DNA of 64,000 nucleotides from Octopus sinensis (GCF_006345805.1 NC_043007.1:23250001-23314000); one strand, 5' to 3'. Shown: positions 51,395 through 64,000, counted from the stretch's first letter. The notes: generated by a model from the letters alone, not told the origin. Program-made: numbers and translations.

Positions 51395-51605
51395 AATGAT
51401 TTCTTGTACGGGCTCAAGACTCCAAACTTGGGGGAATGGATTTATTGTTTAAACTAAATCAGTATTCGATTGGTACTTTATTTTATCGAACTTTCAACAT
51501 AAAAGGCAAAATCAACCTCAGCAAAATTGTAACTCGAAACGTAATGAGACGTAACCAAGTACTTCAAGGCATTCTGTCCCTCTGATCTGCAACTCAACCG
51601 CCATT
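51395..51605 (-). mobile_element. Degenerate SINE-B
   Basis: ggtactttattttatcga..aaggcaaaatcaacctcagc. Confidence 0.6.
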
Positions 51606-52648
51606 TTTACATATGAATTGAAACAGAGAAGCGCTGTCCATGTTTCTAAACAATCGCTTGAACATGAGCGATGCTTTACATTCTTTTACTTCAAAGTTTT
51701 TAAGCACCGACACCCACATCACCACAGCAATATAGTTGCTATCATTTTGTCCGTTTCAATGTTTCCGGTATATTTTCTTCGTTTTATATAATTTTCACTA
51801 AATCGCCTCTTCAATTTTCTTATCGCGCTTTTATTTCATTTCTTCATGGCGACAGTACATTAGTTTGTTTCTTATTTCAATTTATCCCCAAAGTTTTTAT
51901 GACGATTAGCCTTTATCAGTATAGTCCATTATATTATTATTCCCAACTTAGCTTAAAACAAATGTTCACAGCTTAGTAATCGTATATGTTTTACGATAAT
52001 GCACCACATTCCGCCATACTTATACCACTCAGAAGTAGTTGGGGTGCTTTCAAAGATGCATAAATTGATACACTTCTTCATTCACTCACATACTCATACC
52101 CATTGATGAATACACTTCTATACACAGAAGCACACATACACACACTTACAAGCGAACACGCATACAGAAATATTCAAATGTTCCTTTGTACATGCAGACA
52201 TATACAAACGTAGAGAAGAGAGGCAGACCGAAACATGAATAAATATCTTTCGTCGTTAGAAGTTTATTTCAAATGATGGTATTTTATTATATACATTTAT
52301 ATGATTCCAGTTTCTTTTACTCTGCTGGAGTTCATTTTTCTTTTATATACTTCTTAATTCATTTTCGATAATGTTTTTGAGATAGTTGTCGCCTCGGGTT
52401 TTATTCTTCTTATTACCTCGCTGCAGACGCTACAGTTCAGACATACGCATTGTTAGTAGATCGCGACATCATCCAACACTTTGAATAGTTTTAGTGTAAA
52501 AGTTTGGTGTTCATAGTCTTTAGTGACAATATTGGTTCTTTCGCCTTACAAAATACCTTTAAAATGACAATTTTATCGATGCCTTGAACAATAAGCTCAT
52601 AATAGGATGCTACTTCTGTACATATATGTGTGTATGTACATATATATA

Positions 52649-52713
<65 letters not shown>

Positions 52714-53112
52714 TATATGTGTATGTATGTCTTTCTCGTTTTGATTGAAGATTCAGCATTTATTTTAAACCGGCCACCTGCTCAGTGTCAGGTAAAAATA
52801 AAAACAGTATTTTGTACGCATGTCTGCCTATCTCTGCATGTGACTATCTAGTTCCCTTCCGGTATGTAAGTGTATGTCTGTGTTTGTGTGTTTGTGTCTG
52901 TGTGTATGTCTGTGTGTGTGAATGTGTGCATACAGAGAAAGAAAGAGAGATGTATATAATACGAAACAGATAAAAACTCCCCCGATGGAATGGTTGTTTT
53001 TCGTCTCGGAATTATTTAGTTTTAGTCCAAATGTTTAGTTTTGAGCTAAATATGAAACTTGAAGCTGCGAAGTTTCACCTGTAACGGACTATATCATATA
53101 CATGTGTGCGTA

Positions 53113-53216
<104 letters not shown>

Positions 53217-53242
53217 ATATTATATATATATATAATATATAC

Positions 53243-53273
<31 letters not shown>

Positions 53274-53297
53274 CACATATATATATATACACGTATA

Positions 53298-54212
53298 TAT
53301 ATATATTATGGCGGCGTGCTAACAATTCTGCCAGCCCGCCTCCTTAATAATAATAACGATTTCAAATTTTGGCACAAGACCAGCAATTTCCGGGAGGGTT
53401 TAAGTCGATTGCATCGATCTCAATGCTCAACTGGTATTTATATCGAACCTGAAAGGATGAAAGGTAAAGTGAGCCTCAACGTAATTTGAACTAAAAACGT
53501 TTATGACGGACGAAATTTGCCAAGCGTACTAAAGACTCTACCAGCTCACTGCCTTCTCCCCTCATTAATAACAACAACAATAATAATAATAATCCTTTCT
53601 ACTAAAGGTGCAAGGCATGAAATTTGGTACTTATTTAATCGACTCCGAAAGTATGAAAGACAAAGTCGACCTCAGCGTAGTTTGAAGTCAGAACATGAAG
53701 ACAGACGAAATATCGCTAAGCATTTCGCCCGACGTTCTGACAATTCTGCCAGGCCACCGCTTTCTTAATAATAATAATCCCTTCTACTAAAGGCACAAGG
53801 GCTGAAATTTGGTGGGAGGGGGTTAAGTCAATTACATCGACCCCAGTCTTTCATTTGTACTTAATTTATCGACTCCGAAAGGATGAAAGGCAATGTCGGC
53901 CTCGCCTGAATTTGAACTCAAAACGTAGCGGCAGACATAATACCGCTAATCTATTCGCTCGGCGTGCTAACGATTCTACCAGCTCGCCGCCTTCTTAATA
54001 ATAATCTTTTCTACTATAGGCCAAAAGCCTGGATTTTAGTGGGGGGGGGCAATCGATCACATCGCGCTCTTCCCGTACTCGACTGGTACTTAATTTATCA
54101 ACCCCGAAAGGACGAAAGACAAAGTCGACCTCGAACTCAGAACGCGAAGACAGACGAAATACCGCTAAGCATTTCGCCTGGTATGCTAACGATTCTGAGA
54201 ACTTGCTGCCTT
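53298..54212 (-). mobile_element. Array of SINE-B copies separated by (TAA)n
   Basis: Heads (..ccagc(t/c)c(g/a)ccgcc) at about 53340, 53550, 53760 and 53990, each followed by taataataa on the + strand. Confidence 0.85.
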
Positions 54213-54300
54213 CGTAACCTATCTTTATTATAATGGTGAAAGCTGCTTATTATTTAGGCATGAGACAGTTACTAAAAGAAAATAATTATTAAAGGCTTGG

Positions 54301-54651
54301 GATCTTTTCACTTTGACCGGCAGATTTAAAAAATAATTTTTTTAACTAAACAATTTTAAACATCGTATACTGCTAGAATGTGTCACATAAAACATCTTTT
54401 TCTCGTGGCGGAAGTTGTTGTTGACAAACAACGGCAGTAATTGTATTCACCTCAATAGACGTCATTGGTTGGTTGAAATTGCCGAAATACGAGAAATTTA
54501 ACAACAAATAGCTTACAAACTACAGAATTTTCTCAAGAACGCCGCGAGAAAAAGACGTTTTATGTGACACATTCTACCAGTATACGAAGTTTAAAAGTGT
54601 TTAGTTACAAAAAATTATCTTTTTGAATCTGCCTGTCAAAGTGAAAAGATC
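54301..54651. mobile_element. MITE with about 120-bp imperfect TIRs
   Basis: gatcttttcactttgaccggcagatt / aatctgcctgtcaaagtgaaaagatc; aaaggctt at 54291-54298 and 54652-54659 as a probable 8-bp TSD. Confidence 0.8.
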
Positions 54652-55412
54652 AAAGGCTTAACCATCTGGAATTTTTTTTATAAATTCATGTTTCCAGAAA
54701 TTTCCTGTAATTTCGATTTCTGAAGTTTATTGAATATTTGAACGTCAAATTCTTTACAAATTTGAATATTCGTTCGATTCACTGCTGAGTAGATTTAATA
54801 AACAATATTAATTCATTGCAGCCAAAAATTTCCGTTTACATTAGCAACAGTCTCTCACTCTCTCTCTCTTTCTTTCGCCTCTATTTTCATTAATGATAAT
54901 TTAATATATATTCATTTCAATGTTTTCATTTCAAGTTTTAATTCACTATTTACAAAACCCACAATTTATTTTATATACGCAATGTAAAAAAAAAAAATTA
55001 TTGAATGACAAAATAACTGTATAATTTTGAGGCTTATTTTTGATAAAATAATTTTTTTTTTAATATATCAGTATACTTTTTTTCTTTAAATTACGAAGTG
55101 ATTTTGTTGGCATGGCTGTTTGGAATGCTAATAAGTCTTACAGTAATAACTATGTGATCGCTGCTATTTCTAGCACACTAAATGTATAAACTGCTTAAAG
55201 AAATATTTACTAAGCGAGTGAGATTTTTTAGAAACTGAAGTTTTCAGGAAAATTTACTTTCTGAACTTCCATTTATTATTGAATATTTGAAGTTCGCAAA
55301 TTTAAATATTCAGTACAAGATAGATTTTAACGAACTTTTATGTTTACGATTTTTTCATTCCATGTTTATTTCATTCATTGTTTGCAGTGTTCTCTCCCCT
55401 CTCTCACTCTCT

Positions 55413-55453
<41 letters not shown>

Positions 55454-55497
55454 ACACACGCACACACAACACACTGTCTCTCTAATATATACACAGA

Positions 55498-55542
<45 letters not shown>

Positions 55543-55559
55543 CAGCTTTGACTAACAGA

Positions 55560-55850
55560 AAACCGCCACGACCCCGAAATGACGAAAGGCAAAGTCGACC
55601 TCGGTGGAATTCGAACTCAGAACATGAGGGTTGACGAAATACCTATTTCTTTACTACCCACAAGGGGCTAAGCACAGAGGGGACAAACAAGGACAGACAA
55701 ACGGATTAAGTCGATTATATCAACCCCAGTGCGTAACTGGTACTTATTTAATCGACCCCGGAAGGATGAAAGGCAAAGTCGACCTCGGCGGAATTTGAAC
55801 GCAGAACGTAGCGGCAGATGAAACACCGCTAAGCATTTCGCCCGGCGTGC
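55560..55850 (-). mobile_element. Composite SINE-B
   Basis: Junction gaaatac|ctatttcttt at 55642/55643; followed by (TAA)n(TGA)n. Confidence 0.85.
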
Positions 55851-55855
55851 TTAAA

Positions 55856-55936
<81 letters not shown>

Positions 55937-56229
55937 AACGGTAATGATAAAATTAGCAGAAAAAATGGCACACCGGAATGAATGTCACGAAGTATGTACT
56001 TTCGTTTCTCTATATTTTAAGTTCGTCTTAACTTTCATCAGTCCAGAGTCAAGAAGAAAAAAAAAAAAAATAATAATAATAATAATAATAATAAACTATC
56101 CGTCATAAGCTATGATCGATTAACCATCATGCCTTACAAAATGTCCTTATGTCAAACAAAAGAAAATCATTAACCATTCATTTAATTATTAATCAATATG
56201 CTTAATTATCACCCCGTATAATATTTTTC

Positions 56230-56825
56230 ATTATCATTCTTTTCTCTTCTTTTAGCCTACTTCCCGCTCTTATTTTCCATTCTACTCGACTACCTCGTCT
56301 CATACTTAATCTCTCATTAAGCATCTCTTATTTTTATATCGTCTACTTTTTCTCAATCTGTTTCTCTTCCTCTTTTCTCCTCTTCTTTTCTTCTGTTTTA
56401 TCTTCTGTCTCTCCTCGTCTTTCCATATCATTTCCCCTTCATTTTCTTCTGTCCTTCAATGATCTCCTTATTTCCTGTTTGCTTCAATAACCGTAACCGC
56501 CCTTTTTTTTATTTTTTCGGTTTCACTTCGTGCCTAATCAACTCTACTCTCCCTTTCTTTCACTCTCTATTTTCCCCTAATAACTGATTCTTATCGTCAG
56601 TTATTTCCTTTTACAAATTGATCATGCTCTCCTTTCTCATTAAAATCTCATCTCCCTTCTATCCATTCTCTCCCTCTCTCTCTCTTCTCTCACTTTCTGC
56701 TTCTCTGGCTCTCTTTCTATTAATCTTTCTTCTCTCTCCCTTTCTTCCCTCACTTTCTTTTTATCTGTCTCGTTCTCGCTCCTTTCTCTCCCATCCATCT
56801 CTCTCTCTCTCGTTTCTTGTTTCTC
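56230..56825. repeat. CT-rich low-complexity tract
   Basis: Direct reading. Confidence 0.85.
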
Positions 56826-57140
56826 ATGTGTGAAGCTCCGCCTTCTTTGTTTTATTACCAGTAATGTAGTTAATGATAGATATCTCTTTCAATGTAATTA
56901 CAAATTCGGTAAGATCCCACATATCTATTAATTTACTTGGATAATAATTTCATTTCATCAATTTTAACTCATCCTATTACATTTATAAAGCCATACGGTA
57001 TTTATACTTAACATTTATAACACTCCTCGGAAGTATTTTTTCTTCATCCACGTTGTTGATTCTCATAATCAACATCACTACATTCTCTCTATTTCTTTAT
57101 ACATTGCTTGCTTTTATTTTATCCATCCAAGTAAAACGTA

Positions 57141-57181
57141 CGACGCTGAAGAGCTTTAATATATACGAAACATGTGCGTTG
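57141..57181 (+). ncRNA. Degenerate type I hammerhead motif
   Basis: cgacg-CTGAAGA-g..c-GAAACAT-GTG-cgttg; stem I pairs, but the triplet is GUG and stem II is decayed. Confidence 0.4.
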
Positions 57182-57517
57182 CGGTGACAAGTCACAGTGG
57201 CTCAAGTCTTGAAAACGATTGGCATTGCCTTTGTTTCCGAAAACTTTTCGTTGAACTAGTCTTATTAAAATTATTTCCCTTGCTTTATAGTTTGTTTGTT
57301 TTTTTTGTTCTTTGTTCTTGCTTTAGATCGAAACCCTCCCTCAATGATAGTTTGTTTTCTTTTTCTACAAATTGTTTGGGTAATATCGGGGGACCGAAGT
57401 TTTCCAATTCTCTATATTATATGGCAATTTGGTTCTATCGATGGAGCATTAGAGAGGATGCTTTGCAGTATACATTCTGACTTTATTCTTTTTGCTCTGA
57501 GTTCCAACTAATCTTGT

Positions 57518-58128
57518 TGGCAGCGAGCTGGTAGAAACGTTAGCACACCGGGCGAAATGCTTCGTGGTATTTCGTCTGTGGTTACGTTCTGAGTTCAAAT
57601 TCCACCGAGGTCAACTTTGCCTTTCATCCTTTCGAGGTCGATAAATTAAGTACCAGTCACACACTGGGGTCGATATAATCGACTTAATCCGTTTGTCTGT
57701 CCTTGTTTGTCCTCTCTGTATTTAGCCCCTTGTGGGTAGTAAAGAAATAGGTATTTCGTCTGCCGTTACGTTCTGAGTTTAAATTCCGCCGAGGTCGACT
57801 TTGCCTTTCATCCTTTCGGGGTCGATAAATTAAGTACCAGTTACGCACTGGGGTCGATGTAATCGACTTAGCCCCTTTATCTGTCCTTGTTTGTCCCCTA
57901 TATGTTTAGCCTCTTGTGGGCAATAAAGAAATAAGAATCGTTAGCACGCTGGGCAAAATGCTTAGCGACGTTTCGTCTTCACGTTCTAAGTTCAAATTCC
58001 GACGAGGTCGACTTTGCCTTTCATTCTTTCGGGATCGATAAAATAAGAACCAATTGAACACTTGTGTCAGCATAATCGACTTATCCTCTCCCTCTAAATT
58101 GCTGGCCTTGTGCCAAAAGTTGAAATCT
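57518..58128 (+). mobile_element. Triple nested SINE-B
   Basis: Junctions at 57750/57751 and 57935/57936. Confidence 0.9.
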
Positions 58129-58844
58129 ATATTATATATGTGAAGCCATATTGTATTTGTATTTAGTATGCAGAACGCTACACTGAAGTTTTACTGTTTT
58201 TCTGAACCGTAATGGTATTCTTAAACAATGCGTCAACACGACCTCCTTCTTTGGTCTGTCGACGCAGCCTCAGTATGCTGTTAGGAAATGGATGAAAAAA
58301 TCCAATGCAATAGAATAGACAGTTAATAAAATTGATAGCCACGCTGTACTCTACAAAGGAAATTGGACGATAATTTATATGTTCACAATATATCCAGATA
58401 GATAACGTTTCTGGAATTTAGATAACATGTAAAAAATATAAAATAAACAGAGGTAAGCATACTCATTTGGTGATCTTTGAGCTTTGAGCATTACTTACAC
58501 TGTTGTCATTCTGATTTTAGTATCATTTTGTTTGGCGGACGGTGAAGAATTTTTATTATTATTGCCAACTTGTGAAAATATTTTGCTGTTTGGATCGTTT
58601 TCGTTGGTATTCGTTTACACACTCATACACATACATAACATACTCACACACATTGTGAAAAAGGTATATGCAACATAAAGACTTTATATCACGTGTATGT
58701 GTATATATGTGTACTTATTTGTATGTATGTATGTATGTATGTATGTATGTATGTATTATGTATATATATGTGTATGTATGTATGTATGTATGTATGTATG
58801 TATGTATGTATGTATGCATCGCTTGCCACTAAACCTTTTTTATT

Positions 58845-59005
58845 TTCTCTCTCTGCTTATTTCTGTGTTCCTTTCTGTTGTTGAAGAGCGTAGGCTCGAA
58901 ACGTAAAAGACTTTCTCACTTCCACGAGCGTTAAACTAATACATCTGTTGGTCGTTTACACACCCGTCTTCGCCTTTTATTTTGCTTTTTTTTGTAAATT
59001 TCAAC
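58845..59005 (+). mobile_element. Penelope-like pLTR fragment with a hammerhead-like motif (58871-58909)
   Basis: cttt-CTGTTG(TTG)A-A-GAGC-gtag-GCTC-GAAAC-GTA-aaag. Confidence 0.5.
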
Positions 59006-59019
59006 TATATATATATATA

Positions 59020-59293
59020 CTAGCAGTATCGCCCGGCGTTGCTCGGGTTCGTAAGGGAAATAACTATATAAGCATTTTTAGAGAGTTATAGCCAAAAAAT
59101 AGCAAAAAAATGATGGTAATTTTTTTTTAAATCGTAGACTCATCGTAGACGCGCGCTAATACCCAGAAGGGCTCGATATGAATCACGACTATAAGATACC
59201 CGGTTTTGGTTAAACTGCACCGCAAAATGTGGGAGTAGTTAGGAATCTAAATCGTAGGAGACAGACACACAACTTCACTTTTATATATAAAGA
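59020..59293 (-). mobile_element. Non-autonomous Helitron family A (copy 3, 274 bp)
   Basis: Minus strand A|TC ... hairpin ... CTAG|T; matches 9304-9698. Confidence 0.9.
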
Positions 59294-59301
59294 TATATAT
59301 A

Positions 59302-59359
<58 letters not shown>

Positions 59360-59867
59360 CAAAAATGGGACAAGAATGCAAAACATCCAGACAAACGATA
59401 CAAAGAAAACAAGGACGGGTCATTCGGAGTTTTCTTTCCCCAGTCGAGTTCCAGATTATCTTTGCAATTTCGGCTGGCTATACTCGTGAGTGCTCCGATC
59501 TGGACAGCCCCAAGGAATAACTAAGCTAAGAGCATTAGATTCCTTGGAAGAAAGCAGCGAATGTATACGAAAACAAGGACAGAAAAAAACTGAGAAATGT
59601 TACGAAAATACAAATGCAAATAACAGGACATAACAACAGGTGTCTTTCAACTAAGGTCGAATTAGATTAAGCTGGCGTGTGTGGAAGTAAAACCTCACTG
59701 CAGAGACATAGGATTTGACAGGCACAGAGAGGAATACAGATGTTGCACAGATAGTAGTCGAACCAAGAAAGAAAGGTCAGCTTGGCCGAACACCGGTCAC
59801 GTAGGGAGAGAAGAGAGAGATGTAGCAGAGAGAGAAGAGAGAGATGTAAGAGGCTACTTACTATAGT

Positions 59868-59987
59868 TAAAAAATTTATGGCTAAAACATGGCTGGCAGC
59901 TTGGGCAAGCGTCTTCTACTATAGCTTCGAGCCAACCAAAGTCTTGTCAGTGGATTTGGCAGATACGGAAATTAAAAGAAGCCCGTC

Positions 59988-60021
<34 letters not shown>

Positions 60022-60229
60022 TCTTTTACTCTGTTACTCTTTTACTTGTTTCAGTCATTTGACTGCGGCCATGCTGGAGCACCGCCTTTAGTCGATCAAA
60101 TCGACCCTGGGACTTATTCTTTGTAAGCCCAGTACTTATTCTATCGGTCTCTTTTGCCGAACCGCTAAGTAACGGGGACGTAAACACACCAGCATCGGTT
60201 GTCAAGCAATGCTAGGGGGACAAACACAG

Positions 60230-60270
<41 letters not shown>

Positions 60271-60693
60271 CATATATACATATATATACGACAGGCTTCT
60301 TTCAGTTTCCGTCTACCAAATCCACTCACAAGGCATTGGTCGGCCCGGGGCTATAGCAGAAGACACTTGCCCAAGATGCCACGCAGTGGGACTGAGCCCG
60401 CAACCATGGGGTTGGTTAGCAAGCTACTTACCACACAGCCACTCCTGCGCCTATATATATATGGGGGGGGGTGCGTGTGTGTGTATTTGTATTTATCTGT
60501 GTGTTCGTGTCTGTGTTTGTCCCACATAACCGCCTAGCACCCGGCGTTGATGAGTTAGCTGTTCGGCTAAAGAGTCCGATAGAATAAATACTAAGCTTTA
60601 AAATTTAAGTCATGGATTTGATTTGCTCAACTAAAACTGTTCAAGGCGGTGCCCCAGCATGGCCACAATCAAATGACTGAAACAAGTAAAAGA
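59868..60693 (+). mobile_element. Older SINE-A interrupted in its (TA)n centre by a younger SINE-A
   Basis: 5' half at 59868-60020; 3' half resumes at about 60453-60693. Confidence 0.75.
60021..60452 (-). mobile_element. Young SINE-A
   Basis: Full length, close to consensus. Confidence 0.92.
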
Positions 60694-60832
60694 TATTATC
60701 AAAAGTCATTTACTTTTTATTTATTATTTTTTGTTTTTGTTTTTGTTAAAGGCTACTTAACTACTACAAGTGTCATATCATACAGAAATACACCAGCTAT
60801 TTTTAGCATAAGGGTTTAGCATATATATATAT

Positions 60833-60864
<32 letters not shown>

Positions 60865-62038
60865 ATTGATAGTGACGTCGATGTTTTGTCAGTTATTAGG
60901 ATCGTCAGTCTCTCTACACTTGTAGTGAATTTTCCATCTAATGTTCTAAGTCGACTGTAAGCTGTGAATATCTATGTATGTGTATTTTTTCTGTACCTCT
61001 CCTCTCATTCTTTGACTTCCATTCTGTCTCTTCCTCATCCTCTCTCGCAATTCTCCGTTCTGTCTACATTTTGCAGACATTGAAGCCTAATTAAGGAGAC
61101 TGGACTTACTAATTGATCCAACAATTGCTACTTTTGAGAACATGAATGGCCATCGATGGAATAACTAGAGGCAGATGGCGGTGATCGTGTCGTTGGCAAA
61201 CAGGAGTTGTATGGGTGTCTGAGTTCGCGTGTTAGTGTATATATACTCTTTTACTCTTTTACTTGTTTCAGTCATTTGACTGCGGCCATGCTAGAGCACC
61301 GCCTTTAGTCGAGCAAATCGACCCCGGGACTTATACTTTGTAAGCCCAGTACTTATTTTATCGGTCTCTTTTGCCGAACCGCTAAGTTACGGGGACGTAA
61401 ACACACCAGCATCGGTTGTCAAGCAATGCTAGGGGGACAAACACAGACACACAAACATATACACACACACACATATATATATACATATATACGGCAGGCT
61501 TCTTTCAGTTTCCGTCTACCAAATCCACCCACAAGGCATTGGTCAGCCCGGGGCTATAGCAGAACACTTGCCCAAGATGCCACGCAGTGGGACTGAACCC
61601 GCAACCATGGGGTTGGTTAGCAAGCTACTTACCACACAGCCACTCCTGCGCCTATATATATATGGGGGGGGGGTGCGTGTGTGTGTATTTGTATTTATCT
61701 GTGTGTGTTCGTGTCTGTGTTTGTCCCACATAACCGCCTAGCACCCGGCGTTGATGAGTTAGCTGTTCGGCTAAAGAGTCCGATAGAATAAATACTAAGC
61801 TTTAAAAAAATTAAGTCATGGACTTGATTTGCTCAACTAAAACTGTTCAAGGCGGTGCCCCAGCATGGCCACAATCAAATGACTGAAACAAGTAAAAGAT
61901 ATTATCAAAAGTCATTTACTTTTTATTTATTATTTTTTGTTTTTGTTTTTGTTAAAGGCTACTTAACTACTACAAGTGTCATATCATACAGAAATACACC
62001 AGCTATTTTTAGCATAAGGGTTTAGCATATATATATAT

Positions 62039-62112
<74 letters not shown>

Positions 62113-62844
62113 TGATAGTGACGTCGATGTTTTGTCAGTTATTAGGATCGTCAGTCTCTCTACACTTGTAGTGAATTTTCCATCTAATGTTCTAAGTCGA
62201 CTGTAAGCCGTGAATATCTATGTATGTGTATTTTTTCTGTACCTCTCCTCTCATTCTTTGACTTCCATTCTGTCTCTTCCTCATCCTCTCTCGCAATTCT
62301 CCGTTCTGTCTACATTTTGCAGACATTGAAGCCTAATTAAGGAGACTGGACTTACTAATTGATCCAACAATTGCTACTTTTGAGAACATGAATGGCCATC
62401 GATGGAATAACTAGAGGCAGATGGCGGTGATCGTGTCGTTGGCAAACAGGAGTTGTATGGGTGTCTGAGTGCGCGTGTTAGTGTATATATACTCTTTTAC
62501 TCTTTTACTTGTTTCAGTCATTTGACTGCGGCCATGCTGGAGCACCGCCTTTAGTCGAGCAAATCGACCCCGGGACTTATACTTTGTAAGCCCAGTACTT
62601 ATTTTATCGGTCTCTTTTGCCGAACCGCTAAGTTACGGGGACGTAAACACACCAGCATCGGTTGTCAAGCAATGCTAGGGGGTCAAACACAGACACACAA
62701 ACATATACACACACACATATATATATACATATATACGGCAGGCTTCTTTCAGTTTCCGTCTACCAAATCCACCCACAAGGCATTGGTCAGCCCGGGGCTA
62801 TAGCAGAACACTTGCCCAAGATGCCACGCAGTGGGACTGAACCC
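60400..62844. repeat. Tandem duplication of a 1.2-kb unit (60400-61600; 61601-62844)
   Basis: Near-identical units differing in a few SNPs and in (GT)n length. Confidence 0.95.
61244..61652 (-). mobile_element. Hybrid SINE-A at the duplication junction
   Basis: Left part matches the 62490 copy; right end matches the 60021 copy. Confidence 0.9.
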
Positions 62845-62894
62845 GCAACCATGTGGTTGGTTAGCAAGCTACTTACCACACAGCCACTCCTGCG
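62490..62894 (-). mobile_element. Young SINE-A
   Basis: Full length. Confidence 0.92.
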
Positions 62895-63224
62895 GTGTAT
62901 GTATGTGATATTTGTTGTTGCATAGACCCAAGTTAGCAATGAACGCTCAGATGAACGATCAAACATGCCTTTTAGCCACGATTATTTCGCCCTTTTTCAA
63001 TCAAGTGTAACATCAACCAATTTGTTCTTCATTAATTTTTAAGAGAATGTGGGTTGGGACATCGGAAAGGCTTTGGCTATTTTTGAGCAAGTCAGCGGCC
63101 GCATGGAAGCTCTCTGGGGTGGATAAAACTGGTGGGAATTGGGACGCATTTTGCTTGCTCATCAGAACTGGGTGAGCTGTGCTGTTAGTAAACGTTGAAA
63201 TAAAAGTATGAGGTGATGATGAAC

Positions 63225-63280
<56 letters not shown>

Positions 63281-63284
<4 letters not shown>

Positions 63285-63625
63285 GAAAAAGGTTTTTTTA
63301 AATAAATAAATACAATCCCTTAATATACAATCCTTTAAAATTTGAAATTGCAAAAATTTGGAGTATGGAAACCGTGAAGGTCTTGTCTGTAATAATTCAT
63401 GCATTCGGACTGTGAGTAAATATGTAGACAAATGGTTGACGGAGATTGGAATAGAATACTCTGTAGAGCTTCTACACAAAGTTTGTCTCTTAGAGACAAG
63501 AAAGACTATCAGGAGTATTTTAAGCACCTGAAAGATTAATGAAAGTTTGTGCATAAATGGCGGTACCCCAGCATGGCCACAGCTCGTGAGCTGAAACTAG
63601 ATAAAATAAATAAATAAAATAAATA
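63281..63625 (+). mobile_element. RLE-type (R4/Dong-like) LINE C-terminal fragment after (TAA)n, followed by the shared 3' tail
   Basis: YNPLKFEIAKIWSMETVKV..VIIHAFG/TVSKYVDKWLTEIGIEYSVELLHKVCLLETRKTIRSIL*; then ggcggtaccccagcatggccacagctcgtgagctgaaactag. Confidence 0.7.
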
Positions 63626-63715
63626 AAAATATACCTAAGGTTACAGGTAGTAACCCGCTACACTTATAAATTCTACCAGGAATGAGAACGAAACTGAGTC
63701 AAATCAACGATAATA

Positions 63716-63935
63716 ATGGTTTCAAATTTTGTCACAAGCTAGCAAGTTCGAGAAGGGCTTAAGTCGATTGCATTGACCCCCCCCCCAGTGTTCAAATAGT
63801 ACTTATTTTGTCGACCCCGAAAGAATGAAAGGCAAAGTCGACCTCGGCAGAATTTGAACTCAGAACGTAAAAGACGGACAAAATGGTACTAAGCATTTTG
63901 TCCAACGTGCTAACGATTCTGCCAGCTCGCTGCCT
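63716..63935 (-). mobile_element. SINE-B flanked by (TAA)n
   Basis: Body motifs; taataa at both ends. Confidence 0.88.
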
Positions 63936-63962
63936 AATAATAATAATAATATAATAATAATA

Positions 63963-64000
<38 letters not shown>

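Noticed and set aside
58484-58678. Signal-peptide-like ORF (VVILILVSFCLADGEE)
   Set aside because: Starts at TTG rather than ATG; T-rich sequence bias explains the hydrophobicity.
61020-61215. Strong acceptor ttttgcag| within the duplicated unit
   Set aside because: All three frames stop within 20 nt and no downstream donor is evident.

Overview
AT-rich, repeat-saturated eukaryotic intergenic or intronic DNA. The SINE families and microsatellite density resemble octopus (cephalopod) genomic DNA; this is recalled resemblance, not a database match. No host protein-coding gene can be established, and nearly all track ORFs are microsatellite translations. Contents: three tRNA-like SINE families (called A, B and C here); two APE/RT LINEs of CR1/L2-like type (29.66-32.67 kb + and 25.84-26.90 kb -); an RTE RT fragment; an RLE-type (R4/Dong-like) LINE C-terminus; a putative internally deleted LINE carrying an ORF1 fragment; mariner relics; a decayed cysteine-rich DDE-like transposase (22.4-24.4 kb); non-autonomous Helitrons plus a RepHel helicase relic; a piggyBac-like MITE; several fold-back MITEs; Penelope-type hammerhead ribozyme motifs; and a 100-N gap. 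Most notable observations: (1) one 3' terminal signal shared by SINE-A, both CR1-like LINEs and the RLE-type fragment; (2) SINE-B copies nested in the heads of other SINE-B copies at two recurring TRGC^RG sites; (3) a well-formed type I hammerhead plus several minimal ones; (4) a 1.2-kb tandem duplication whose SINE-mediated crossover maps to about 13 bp.
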